Of a stretch of DNA of 64,000 nt, positions 37,681 through 46,854 are shown piece by piece. The notes under the pieces are model-generated. The model saw nothing but the letters and a program-made list of their open reading frames with translations, made no database searches and was not told the DNA's origin. A program made the translations under genes and the position numbers. Position 1 is the first letter of the stretch. Every line of letters starts with the position of its first letter. The stretch is from Treponemataceae bacterium (GTDB taxonomy: Bacteria; Spirochaetota; Spirochaetia; Treponematales; Rectinemataceae): contig CAXXGJ010000038.1 of assembly GCA_963677895.2 (NCBI GenBank), positions 448,001-512,000 of the forward strand. The letters run 5' to 3'.

Positions 37681-38457
37681 TCAGCCCCTGACGGCCTTGT
37701 CGGGGGCTGCCCTCTCTTTTTTCTCTTCAAGCGATTTTTCTATCAATTCCCGGGCCTTTTCCAGCGTGGCCAAAGATTCCTTTCTGTTCGTGGGCGCGGG
37801 CAGAAGCGCGAGAAAACGCGCCGAATACTCGGTCTTGCCAAACCTTTTGAAAAAATCCCCCAGTTTTGCCACCTGCCAGCCTCCATCCATGGCGACGACG
37901 AGGATAGGCAGAGGCTCTACCTCCAGTATCTTCCGGTAGCCTGCCGAATGGAAGGTTCCCAGGGCTCCGGTCCTGGAGCGCGTGCCTTCAGGGAAAATCA
38001 CCGGGATGGTACCTTCGGTTTTGCATCGCTTGGCCATGGCCGTCACGATTCGCACGGCCTGGAGAGCGTCGCCCTTCCGTCTGACCAGACAATGCCCCGA
38101 TGTGCGCAGGAGCAGCGAAATGAGGGGTATCCCCCATGCGAGTTCCTGTTTCGCGACAAAACGGGACCTCGTTCCCGAAGGCAATATATGCATTATTATT
38201 GGAATGTCTAGAAGGCTCTGATGATTGGAAACGACGAGATAGCGCTTCGGGAGCCTTCCCTCCAGGCGATTCTCCAGACGAACCTTGAATCCCCTATAGG
38301 CGAAAAACATCGAAAAGATGATCTCTATCGCCTTGTCCTCATAGAGCTGAGTCTTCCGTTTGGCCATGGTTTTGGAGCCAAAGATGCGAAATGAGAGCAG
38401 GATGATTTCCCATGAGGCAAACGCGGTCAATATGCAAGCGACGATAATTATATTCAC
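37681..38457 (-). CDS. plsC: 1-acyl-sn-glycerol-3-phosphate acyltransferase (PlsC family)
   Basis: NHQSLLD, FVAKQEL and FPEGTRS motifs. Confidence 0.88.
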   Translation of the reverse strand: MNIIIVACILTAFASWEIILLSFRIFGSKTMAKRKTQLYEDKAIEIIFSMFFAYRGFKVRLENRLEGRLPKRYLVVSNHQSLLDIPIIMHILPSGTRSRFVAKQELAWGIPLISLLLRTSGHCLVRRKGDALQAVRIVTAMAKRCKTEGTIPVIFPEGTRSRTGALGTFHSAGYRKILEVEPLPILVVAMDGGWQVAKLGDFFKRFGKTEYSARFLALLPAPTNRKESLATLEKARELIEKSLEEKKERAAPDKAVRG

Positions 38458-38530
38458 TATGGTTTCTCTGGATACAGGCTAATTCGTTATCCTATTTAAT
38501 CAGAATGCGCGGAGGGAGTCAATTGCAGTC

Positions 38531-38559
38531 TTGACATACTCGGCCCTCTCTGGTAGTTT
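38531..38559 (+). promoter_or_regulatory. Sigma70 promoter of rpsT-hup
   Basis: TTGACA-N17-TAGTTT. Confidence 0.7.
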
Positions 38560-38625
38560 TCCTAGTCGAATTAACTGACAATACCGGTTCGTTATGAATC
38601 GAGCATCATCCCGGGAGGACTCCCT

Positions 38626-38895
38626 TTGAGCACGAAGAATCTGTCCGCTGAAAAGAGAATGCGACAGGACGAAAAACGCCGCATAAAGAACAAGGGTGTG
38701 AAAAGCGCCATCCGCACCGCTGCCAAGAAGGTTGTTACCGCTTCAGAGAAAAAAGATACGACAGCCGCGAAAGAAGCGCTTCTTGAAATGATCAAGCGCA
38801 TCGACACCGCCGCCGGCAAGGGCATCGTGAAGAAAAACACTGCGGCTCGCAAGAAGTCCAGGATGCAGAAGCTCGTCAACAGACTCGGTGCCTGA
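38626..38895 (+). CDS. rpsT: 30S ribosomal protein S20
   Basis: SAEKRMRQ..KRR..N..KSAIRT, IDTAAGKGIVKKNTAARKKSR; TTG start after GGAGG. Confidence 0.96.
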   Translation: MSTKNLSAEKRMRQDEKRRIKNKGVKSAIRTAAKKVVTASEKKDTTAAKEALLEMIKRIDTAAGKGIVKKNTAARKKSRMQKLVNRLGA

Positions 38896-38980
38896 ACCAA
38901 CGCGCTGCTGAACATTTCGGGAAATTCTTCAGTCGGTGCAATGCATCGCTGGTATTTTGGATCATTGGAGTAGAAGCAAA

Positions 38981-39322
38981 ATGGCTGAAAAACTTACCAA
39001 GGCCGAGTTGATCGATGCGCTCTACGCTACCCTTTCTCCTTCGAGCAAGACCACTCGAAAAGAGATACATGAGCTTATCGATGGACTTTTTTCGGAGATA
39101 AAAGGAGCTATTCTCAGTGGCAGAACCGTGGAGCTGCGCGGTTTTGGCACTTTTGAAGTCAAGCTTCGGAAAGGCAGGACCAAGGCCAGGAATCCGAAAA
39201 CCGGTGAAATCGTATCGGTTCAGGACCATGGCGTGGCCGGGTTCAGACCTGGTCGCGAACTCAAGAAGTCCGCATGGGAGATGGATGCCGCCATCATCTC
39301 CAGAACGTTTAAAAAACCCTAA
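38981..39322 (+). CDS. hup: HU/IHF-family DNA-binding protein (Hbb-like)
   Basis: LTKAELID, VELRGFGTFEV, ARNPKTGE and FRPGRELK. Confidence 0.9.
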   Translation: MAEKLTKAELIDALYATLSPSSKTTRKEIHELIDGLFSEIKGAILSGRTVELRGFGTFEVKLRKGRTKARNPKTGEIVSVQDHGVAGFRPGRELKKSAWEMDAAIISRTFKKP

Positions 39323-39383
39323 AACCACGGCGAAAAGACTCCATAGACCAGAACGGGAACATGAGTAATTGGGCTATTAAGGC

Positions 39384-39419
39384 AAAAAAGGCGAAAACCG
39401 CGATGTTTTCGCCTTTTTT
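39384..39419. terminator. Intrinsic terminator (bidirectional form)
   Basis: AAAAAA-GGCGAAAAC-CGCGAT-GTTTTCGCC-TTTTTT. Confidence 0.85.
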
Positions 39420-39458
39420 AAATTGACAGCTCCATTCAGCCATGCAACTATTTTTCGC

Positions 39459-39815
39459 ATGTCAACAAAACGTAAAAAAAAACCGCTTCTGCATTCGACC
39501 GAATTGAGCGCCCACATAAAAATGGAAGGTGATCTGATAACGGACAACAGTCTCCTTATAAAGGGCAGCTACTCAGGATCCATCGCTTCTTCCTCGCATA
39601 TCACTATCGACAAGGAAGCGATCGTCGAATCATGCAGGCTTGCGGCCAAGTCGTTGTCCATCTCCGGCAGGTTCAGCGGCGAAATCAAGGCGGAGACCTT
39701 CGTGGAGATCTGCGACATGGCAAGAGTCAGCGCCGTCATTGAGACGCCCAACATCAGCATCGCCGAAACCTCGCACTTCGAGGGGCGGATTCGAATGCCC
39801 GGAATCGGCGATTGA
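39459..39815 (+). CDS. Bactofilin (polymer-forming cytoskeletal protein)
   Basis: Beta-helix repeats (MEGDL, LLIKGSYSGSI, ISGRFSGEI) and C-terminal FEGRIRM. Confidence 0.85.
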   Translation: MSTKRKKKPLLHSTELSAHIKMEGDLITDNSLLIKGSYSGSIASSSHITIDKEAIVESCRLAAKSLSISGRFSGEIKAETFVEICDMARVSAVIETPNISIAETSHFEGRIRMPGIGD

Positions 39816-39840
39816 CAGATCGGACCGTGAATACTATAGT
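39812..39840 (+). promoter_or_regulatory. Sigma70 promoter of rho
   Basis: TTGACA-N17-TATAGT. Confidence 0.75.
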
Positions 39841-40019
39841 AGACGTGACAGTTCGGCTCTGCCTGACCGATAAAAAATTGGGTAGGTGCCATTCCCGGCG
39901 CCGGGTGTTCCGATGCCGGAATTCACTGCTTACATGAATCCATAGACAAACAATGAACAGATGAACGGCCTGACAGCCCTGTCAGGCACGTGCGATATGT
40001 GCTTACAACGGAGTTTTTG

Positions 40020-41810
40020 ATGGCAATTTTCGGAAAAACTCGTATACATGAAAATCAAAAGAAGGATCAGATGGAAGAAACGGAAACTGAACCCACCATT
40101 CAGAACCCCGACCAGGCCCCTTCCCTTTTTGGGGAAACAGAAACGGTGACTCCAGCCTCGCAGACCGAAGCACCAGCCAGGGAAATCACAGGCGGCCAGC
40201 CTTCCGCGGGCAAGGGCACGAAAAAGATCAAACTCAGGCGCAAGCCTGTTCAAGCGGCGGGATTCCCCCATGGGAACGACTCCGCCGCGCATCAGACCTA
40301 CGAGCAGGGACAATCCGCTGACGTTTCATCGCAGGCTTCGGCCTTCGCGCAGGCTTCCCCCTCCATCTCCCCCGAAATGGAAGGCGTCAATCCAACCATA
40401 GACGTGGCTACGGCGGCCGCTCTCGAACGCGAGACGAGAAACGGATTCGTGCGCAAGCAGGAGTCTTTCGACAGGCTTATCAATGAAAGACAGCATGAGA
40501 ACGGGAAACAGGAACATACGGATTCGAGGGCCCGGCTGCTTATCAACGACTTGTCGAAAATGGGCATCAAGGAGCTGAGGGATCTCGGCTCGAAATACGG
40601 CATCAACCACGACGAGCTCATCGCCCTCAGGAAACAGGAGCTGATTTTCTACATCCTGAAATCCCATACCGACAAGGGCGGCATCATCTATGCCTATGGC
40701 TCCCTCGAGATTCTTCCCGATGGCTATGGCTTTCTCCGCTCCCCACAGAATTCTTACCTTTCAGGCACCGACGATATCTACATTTCCCCTTCCCAGATAC
40801 GCCTTTTCAACCTGAAAACCGGCGACACCGTCTACGGCCAGATCAGGAGCCCCAAGGAAGGAGAGCGCTTCTTCGCCATGCTCCGCATAGAGCTCGTCAA
40901 CTTCGACGAACCTGCCGTGGCGCAGAACAGGATTCCCTTCGAGAACCTCACGCCGCTCTATCCAAACCATAAACTCGATCTCGAGACCACCTCCGAAGAG
41001 CTCTCCACGCGCATCATCAACCTCTTCTGCCCGATAGGAAAAGGCCAGCGCGCGCTCATCGTGTCGCCGCCGAAGACCGGAAAAACCGTGCTGCTCCAGA
41101 AAATCGCCAACGCGATCACGACGAACCATCCGGAGGTCTACCTCATCGTCCTCCTCATCGACGAACGTCCCGAGGAAGTCACCGACATGGAGCGCTCGGT
41201 GCAGGCCGAGGTCATATCGTCGACTTTCGACGAGCAGGCCACGCGCCACGTGCAGGTGGCCGAAATGGTGCTGGAAAAAGCCAAGCGGCTGGTGGAACAC
41301 GGACGCGACGTGGTCATCCTCCTCGATTCCATCACTCGACTCGCCCGCGCCTACAACCAGACCGTGCCCACCTCGGGCAAGATACTGTCGGGAGGCGTCG
41401 ACTCCAACGCCCTGCATAAGCCGAAGCGTTTCTTCGGCGCGGCGCGCAACATCGAGCAGGGCGGCTCCCTCACCATCATAGCCACGGCGCTTATAGACAC
41501 CGGAAGCCGCATGGACGAGGTAATCTTCGAGGAATTCAAGGGCACCGGCAACATGGAGATCAACCTGGACAGGCGCCTTTCCGACAAAAGGCTGTTCCCG
41601 GCCATCAACATCAAGAAATCCGGCACCAGGAAGGAAGAAATCCTCCTCACCGACGAGGAACTCCAGAAAATCTGGGTGCTCCGCAGGGTCATCAACCCGA
41701 TGGACGACTCGGACATCATCGAGCTCCTGATTGACAGAATGACGAAAACCAAGAATAATGAGGCCTTCCTGAAATCGATGAGCGGTCCCTCTTACTCAAG
41801 CGGCGACTGA
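40020..41810 (+). CDS. rho: Transcription termination factor Rho with long N-terminal extension
   Basis: [52 protein letters not shown] and FKGTGNME. Confidence 0.96.
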   Translation: MAIFGKTRIHENQKKDQMEETETEPTIQNPDQAPSLFGETETVTPASQTEAPAREITGGQPSAGKGTKKIKLRRKPVQAAGFPHGNDSAAHQTYEQGQSADVSSQASAFAQASPSISPEMEGVNPTIDVATAAALERETRNGFVRKQESFDRLINERQHENGKQEHTDSRARLLINDLSKMGIKELRDLGSKYGINHDELIALRKQELIFYILKSHTDKGGIIYAYGSLEILPDGYGFLRSPQNSYLSGTDDIYISPSQIRLFNLKTGDTVYGQIRSPKEGERFFAMLRIELVNFDEPAVAQNRIPFENLTPLYPNHKLDLETTSEELSTRIINLFCPIGKGQRALIVSPPKTGKTVLLQKIANAITTNHPEVYLIVLLIDERPEEVTDMERSVQAEVISSTFDEQATRHVQVAEMVLEKAKRLVEHGRDVVILLDSITRLARAYNQTVPTSGKILSGGVDSNALHKPKRFFGAARNIEQGGSLTIIATALIDTGSRMDEVIFEEFKGTGNMEINLDRRLSDKRLFPAINIKKSGTRKEEILLTDEELQKIWVLRRVINPMDDSDIIELLIDRMTKTKNNEAFLKSMSGPSYSSGD

Positions 41811-41839
41811 TAGACGTTTCGGTTTTTTGGGAGTATAGT
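41811..41839 (+). promoter_or_regulatory. Sigma70 promoter of rpmE
   Basis: TAGACG-N17-TATAGT. Confidence 0.55.
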
Positions 41840-41917
41840 AGTCCGGCAATATTCAATCGCCGTCACAATGGCCGGTTTTCAGGCATTGTTAGCCAGGCGA
41901 CGCAGTGGAGGAACGAT

Positions 41918-42133
41918 ATGAAAGATGGAATTCACCCCAAGTACGAGAATGCAACCATCACTTGCGTCTGCGGCAATGTCATCGAGACCCGTTCGACGGT
42001 AAAGAGCATCCAAGTGGAAATTTGTTCCGCTTGCCACCCCTTCTTTACCGGAAAACAGAAGCTCGTAGACACCGCGGGACGCATCGAGCGCTTCAACCGC
42101 AAGTATGGTATCAAGGCCACCGAAGCGAAATAA
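41918..42133 (+). CDS. rpmE: 50S ribosomal protein L31 (Zn-binding type A)
   Basis: [26 protein letters not shown] and GRIERF. Confidence 0.97.
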   Translation: MKDGIHPKYENATITCVCGNVIETRSTVKSIQVEICSACHPFFTGKQKLVDTAGRIERFNRKYGIKATEAK

Positions 42134-42150
42134 CGCTTCATCGGCTGATG

Positions 42151-42189
42151 AAAAAACCGCGCGTGGCCATGGGCCAGCGCGGTTTTTTT
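42151..42189. terminator. Bidirectional intrinsic terminator
   Basis: AAAAAACCGCGC...GCGCGGTTTTTTT between rpmE and rdgB. Confidence 0.8.
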
Positions 42190-42235
42190 ATGTCCAAAGG
42201 GGAGGCGTCCGGCTTTGCGCGGGTCGATCCCTGTC

Positions 42236-42844
42236 TTAGCTCAGCGGGGAAAAATCCACGGAAGCGAGCATGGCGTTCATCTTTCTCGCCGCCCTGCCTC
42301 GGTGGGAAATGAGGTTTTTCTCTTCGGGAGAAAGCTCGGCGACGGTCTTGCCCAGTTCGGGAAGGAATACGAGGGGGTCATAGCCGAATCCGCCCGAGCC
42401 CCTCGGCGTCTCGGCGAGGATGCCGGGACAGGTTTCCTGGACGCTCAGGAATCTGTCATCGCCATAGAGGAAAACAAGGCAGCAATAGAAAGCGCAGTTC
42501 CTGTCCGCGACGGCTTTCATCTTTGCGAGGAGAAGATCGTTGCGCTCGGCCGAAGAAAGCTTCGCTTGTCCATCGCCTGATCCGTATCGGGATGAATAGA
42601 TGCCCGGAGCGCCGTCCAGGGCCGCCACGGAAAGCCCCGAATCGTCGGCCAAGGTCGGCATCCTCGCGAGTTCGTAGAGGGCTTGGGCCTTTATGAGCGA
42701 ATTTTCGAAATAACTGCTGCCGTTTTCCTCGATATCCATCTCCGAATACCCCATGTCGGCGGGGCTTAACAGCCTGTGCGAAGGAAAAAGGGGAGCCAAT
42801 TCCTCGATTTTATGTCGGTTGAATGTAGCGACTAGAATATCCAT
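42236..42844 (-). CDS. rdgB: Non-canonical purine NTP pyrophosphatase
   Basis: ATFNRHK, ADDSGL, APGIYSSRY, GFGYDPL and KNLISHRG. Confidence 0.95.
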   Translation of the reverse strand: MDILVATFNRHKIEELAPLFPSHRLLSPADMGYSEMDIEENGSSYFENSLIKAQALYELARMPTLADDSGLSVAALDGAPGIYSSRYGSGDGQAKLSSAERNDLLLAKMKAVADRNCAFYCCLVFLYGDDRFLSVQETCPGILAETPRGSGGFGYDPLVFLPELGKTVAELSPEEKNLISHRGRAARKMNAMLASVDFSPLS

Positions 42845-42866
42845 GAAACGAGAATACCCTGCCCAT

Positions 42867-43775
42867 TCAATGCTCATCAAGCTTCCCGCGCAGCTGGGCC
42901 TTGAGGTAAAAGAGTCCCGAATCCACGGAGCCTTTGGGAATGCGCAGAATCTCGGCTATAACTCGGTTGGAGACAAGAAGATGGAATCGGGATTTCCTTT
43001 CGAGGAGGGCATCATAGCGCCGTCTGCACTGCGAAGAACTTCGCGCGAGCTTTTCCCGCTGTTCGGATCTGACGTTGTCGCCCCGCTGCTCCGCTTCTAT
43101 CAGCCTCAGGCGAAGCCATAAAACGTTGATTCTTTCATTGATGCGAGAGAGGTATTGTCTCGAGGGCTCGAGCGACGATCTGGCCAGGTGGAGAATCGAG
43201 CATAACCACAGAACAGGCAGGCCGAGGCGTCTGGCTACCTTTTCCGTCATTTCATCGTCCATTTCCCAGGCGCATTTGATGACGAGATAGAGGAGACGTT
43301 TTTCCGCCGCGTCCATGCGGGCAAGAAAAAGCGAAGGCGCAAGGCCCCCGACAAATCTGCGCTCATCTTCCTCTATGGCTGACAAGGATTCCAGATCGCT
43401 TTCCATTCGCGTCAAAAGACAGGCGCCGGTTTCGCCGGCGATCTCGAGCACGCAGTCGACCATTTCCTTCTTCCTGAGCGAGCGCTGTACCGACTTCGCG
43501 AGATAGCGGACGCAGGAATCGATATATGCCTCCTTGCTTCCATCTATGGCTTCGCTTCGTTTTATGATGGATGTCAGCCGCCGCTGATAGCGAAGGAAGG
43601 CCTCGGCGGCCTCATCGCCCGATACGAATCCGAAACGTCGGGGATTGGAGAAGACTTTCATGACGAGGCCTATCATTATCAGGGATTCCGCCGCGCTCAA
43701 TTCTTCCATGAAAGGAGCCAGGCTTGCCCCATCCAATTCCGTCGGATAGAGGGTCGAAAGAAGTCTTGTGGCCAT
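42867..43775 (-). CDS. Hypothetical protein with a sigma70 region-4-like C-terminal HTH
   Basis: C-terminal SNRVIAEILRIPKGSVDSGLFYLK. GGAGG RBS 8 nt before ATG 43775. Confidence 0.6.
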   Translation of the reverse strand: MATRLLSTLYPTELDGASLAPFMEELSAAESLIMIGLVMKVFSNPRRFGFVSGDEAAEAFLRYQRRLTSIIKRSEAIDGSKEAYIDSCVRYLAKSVQRSLRKKEMVDCVLEIAGETGACLLTRMESDLESLSAIEEDERRFVGGLAPSLFLARMDAAEKRLLYLVIKCAWEMDDEMTEKVARRLGLPVLWLCSILHLARSSLEPSRQYLSRINERINVLWLRLRLIEAEQRGDNVRSEQREKLARSSSQCRRRYDALLERKSRFHLLVSNRVIAEILRIPKGSVDSGLFYLKAQLRGKLDEH

Positions 43776-43800
43776 TGTTGATTCCTCCACACCATCATGC

Positions 43801-43818
43801 ATGCAGGAGGAATGCCAA
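43801..43818 (-). promoter_or_regulatory. Sigma54 (-24/-12) promoter
   Basis: Minus strand reads TT-GG-CATTCCTCCT-GC-AT (GG-N10-GC), about 25 nt upstream of the start codon. Confidence 0.65.
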
Positions 43819-43890
43819 AAGACTAGAAGGATTGAAGAATCTCAGGATATAAAGAAATTAATATTTATGATAAAAGAAATTAGTAAATTT

Positions 43891-43918
43891 AAAAACCGGC
43901 GCTTGATAATGCCGCCGG
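43891..43918 (-). terminator. Probable intrinsic terminator of argF-nrnA
   Basis: CCGGCG...CGCCGG stem followed by TTTTT on the minus strand. Confidence 0.5.
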
Positions 43919-44019
43919 CAATCGAGAAAAAACAGGAAAAATGCGTTTGTTGCATTCCGTTACCTTTCCCCTGCTCCGGGAAGGCGGGTCCACGACGGCG
44001 AGCAAGGGAAAAGCGGAAC

Positions 44020-45006
44020 CTATTTTTCGTCCTTGAAGTTTTCGAACACAGGTTCGAAGGCGCGTATGAGCGTTTCCATGACAGTATCGATCGTTCCCTG
44101 GATGGAGAGCCCCGAAGCGAGCCTATGGCCGCCCCCACCGAAGCGAGCCGCTATTTCGGCAACATTGACTCTCTCCCGGGAGCGGAAGCCGACGGTGCAC
44201 TGCTTTTCGGCTTCCTGTTTCACCACGAAACAGACCTCGCAGGTCGCGACGCTCATCATCAGCTGGTAGAGTATGTCCGAGTCCCTGCTGGCGAGGCCGA
44301 AACGCTGCTGGTCGTCGAGATTCACATAGGAAACCAGGAGTTTGCCTTCATAATGGGATTCGATGCGCGAAAGCATTTCTCCCAGAAGTTTCCTGGAGAA
44401 GATGGTTTTACCGCCGTTGATCTCCATGAAAGTGCGCTTTGGCGAAGCCCCAGCGCGGACGAGGCGGGCGGCGACATCGAAGGTCGCGCTTCCCCTCTCG
44501 TCGAGATGGCGGAAAAAGCCGGTGTCGGTACAGAGCCCAAAAAACAAAAGGTCGGCTTCTTCCTTCGTGGGCTGATGTCCCATGGCCTCCATGAGGAGAA
44601 ATACCATGGCGGTGACCGCCGAGGCGCTGTGGTCGAGATAATCGGATTCGCCGGGGATTTCGCCCGAGGCATGGTGATCGATGAAGGCGATCGGCACCTT
44701 AGGCATGGTTTCGCCCACCGAACCGATGCGGGACATGGAGGAACAGTCGAGGACAAGGGCAGCGGCTCTTTCGTAGTCGCGCTCCGGCGGGGCTTCGTTC
44801 TTGAATTTATGCTCGTACTGGAGAATTTCCGAACGCGTGAAAGGTCCCGAAGACAGGACATGCACGCGTTTCCCCAGGCTCTTGAGGAAGGATGCGAGGG
44901 CTAGCTGGGATCCGATGCAGTCTCCATCGGGTTCGCGATGGCCTAGGACATAGAAGCAATCATGGTTTTCAATAAACCATATAATCCCTTGAGGGACTTC
45001 TTTCAT
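44020..45006 (-). CDS. nrnA: DHH/DHHA1 bifunctional oligoribonuclease/PAP phosphatase
   Basis: GH..PDGDCIGS, LD, IDHH, DTGFF and FGGGGH..ASG. Confidence 0.88.
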   Translation of the reverse strand: MKEVPQGIIWFIENHDCFYVLGHREPDGDCIGSQLALASFLKSLGKRVHVLSSGPFTRSEILQYEHKFKNEAPPERDYERAAALVLDCSSMSRIGSVGETMPKVPIAFIDHHASGEIPGESDYLDHSASAVTAMVFLLMEAMGHQPTKEEADLLFFGLCTDTGFFRHLDERGSATFDVAARLVRAGASPKRTFMEINGGKTIFSRKLLGEMLSRIESHYEGKLLVSYVNLDDQQRFGLASRDSDILYQLMMSVATCEVCFVVKQEAEKQCTVGFRSRERVNVAEIAARFGGGGHRLASGLSIQGTIDTVMETLIRAFEPVFENFKDEK

Positions 45007-45037
45007 ACATTATTTTCCTTTCCGCCATTCAATGCGT

Positions 45038-45979
45038 TCATAAGGTAGCAAGTAAAATCGCCTTTATCGCGTGCTTCCGGTTCTCGGCCTGCTCGAAAAC
45101 CCTCGATCGGGGACCCTCAAAGAGATCGAAGGAGACTTCCTTGCCCTTGACGGCAGGCAGGCAATGAAGAAAAATGCTGCGCGGATCGCCGGTGCAATCC
45201 ATAAGCTTCGAATCTACCGTATAGGGTTGAAGGATAGCCTCTCTATCGACCGCGAGCGCTTCCTCCCCCATCGAAGTCCAGACATCGGTATAAACAGCCA
45301 AGGCGCCGCGAACGCCTTCTTCCTTGCTTTCGGTAATCTCCAGGGCGGCATCGGACTCGCTCGCGAAGGTCCGGCATATATCCTTCAGCTCGGAATCGGG
45401 CCAGAGCGCCTTCGGAGCGACAATCGAAAGATGGGCGCCCATCTTGGAACAAATTACCATGAGTGACCGAGCGACATTATTGCGACCGTCGCCGACAAAA
45501 GCAAGCTTCTTGCCCTTGAAATTGCCGAACTCCTGTTCAAGCGTGAAAAAATCCGCGAGAACCTGGGTCGGATGGAAGGAATCCGTCAGTCCGTTGTATA
45601 CCGGCACCCCGGAATATTTGGCGAGGGTCTCGACATCGGCCTGCCTGAACCCGCGGAATTCGATGGCATCGAACATCCTGCCCAGGACGCGCGCCGTATC
45701 TTCGATGGATTCCTTGGCTCCCAGCTGGAGGTCCTCCTTCGAAAGGAATACGGGATGTCCGCCCTCTTCCCCGAAGGCCGTCTCGAAGGCAGCCCTGGTC
45801 CTCGTGGATCGTTTTTCGAAGATCAGGGCGAGGGATTTCCCCCTGAAACGTTGACGGATCACGGATTTCTCGGACTCGGCCTTGACCTTTTTCGTAAGCT
45901 CGAGAAAGTATCTTATTTCATCCGGCGTAAAATTAATCCAGGTAAGAAGGGAACGACCTTTCAGGGACTTGGGATTCAT
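45038..45979 (-). CDS. argF: Ornithine carbamoyltransferase
   Basis: STRTR, HPTQ, GDGRNNV, DVWTSMGEE, FLHCLP and QAENR. Confidence 0.93.
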   Translation of the reverse strand: MNPKSLKGRSLLTWINFTPDEIRYFLELTKKVKAESEKSVIRQRFRGKSLALIFEKRSTRTRAAFETAFGEEGGHPVFLSKEDLQLGAKESIEDTARVLGRMFDAIEFRGFRQADVETLAKYSGVPVYNGLTDSFHPTQVLADFFTLEQEFGNFKGKKLAFVGDGRNNVARSLMVICSKMGAHLSIVAPKALWPDSELKDICRTFASESDAALEITESKEEGVRGALAVYTDVWTSMGEEALAVDREAILQPYTVDSKLMDCTGDPRSIFLHCLPAVKGKEVSFDLFEGPRSRVFEQAENRKHAIKAILLATL

Positions 45980-46089
45980 GTTTTTCCCTCCCGGGGAAGG
46001 GCATCATCCTATATCATCGTCCTCGCCTTGGTCAAGTTTTGGCATTTCCGGACTTTACTCCGGAAGGCCGGCCATGGAATACTTCCGCC

Positions 46090-46758
46090 GTGGCAAAACA
46101 GACTCCAACCGAAAACGTCGCCTTGCGAAATCGCGTTTCCCAAATCCGGGAAATCCTGGTTCCGCTCTGGCCCGACGCGAAACCCCTTCTCGAGTATTCT
46201 TCCTGTTTCGAACTTCTTTGCGCCGTCGTGCTGAGCGCGCAATGTACCGATGACCAGGTGAACGCCGTGACGCCCGCGCTCTTCGGCAGATATCCCGACG
46301 CCTTCGCGCTCGCCGCCGCCGAACCCGAGGATGTAGAACCCTTCATACATTCGGTAGGTTTTTTCAGGACAAAAGCGAGACATCTCGTGCTCGCGGCGCG
46401 CATCCTGGTCGCCGAGTTCGGCGGGAAAGTACCAGCAAAGATGGAAGAGCTGCTTCGCCTGCCGGGCGTGGGCAGGAAAACGGCCAACCTCGTGTCGTCA
46501 GCCTGCTTCGGTTCGCCAGGCATCATCGTGGATACCCATGTGATGCGTGTGGCTTTCAGGCTGGGGCTCAGCGCAAAAAAAGACCCTGAATACATCGAAG
46601 ACATCATCCGCGCGAATCTCGGCGAAGAATGCCATACTTCCTTCTCCCATGCCCTCAATAGACATGGCAAGTTCGTCTGCACCGCGCGATCGCCGGCCTG
46701 CCTTCGTGGAAAGGATCTCTGCCCCCTGGAAGCCATCTGCCCGAAACACGGTCTATAA
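46090..46758 (+). CDS. nth: Endonuclease III
   Basis: LSAQCTD, HhH LPGVGRKTAN, VDTHV and the C-x6-C...CP...C Fe-S motif. Confidence 0.93.
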   Translation: MAKQTPTENVALRNRVSQIREILVPLWPDAKPLLEYSSCFELLCAVVLSAQCTDDQVNAVTPALFGRYPDAFALAAAEPEDVEPFIHSVGFFRTKARHLVLAARILVAEFGGKVPAKMEELLRLPGVGRKTANLVSSACFGSPGIIVDTHVMRVAFRLGLSAKKDPEYIEDIIRANLGEECHTSFSHALNRHGKFVCTARSPACLRGKDLCPLEAICPKHGL

Positions 46759-46801
46759 AAAAGGGGCCGCCGGAAATCGCTTCCCGGGCAGCCCCTTTTT
46801 T
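46757..46801. terminator. Bidirectional intrinsic terminator
   Basis: AAAAAAGGGGC...GCCCCTTTTTT between convergent genes. Confidence 0.75.
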
Positions 46802-46854
46802 AACATCGACGCCTCGACTCGAGGCAGAATCCCGATGTTCCTTCCTTTCCGCTA

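Noticed and set aside
39845..39875. Sigma28-like -10 (ACCGATAA) in the rho leader
   Set aside because: No TAAA -35 at the correct spacing, and a consensus sigma70 promoter already explains transcription.
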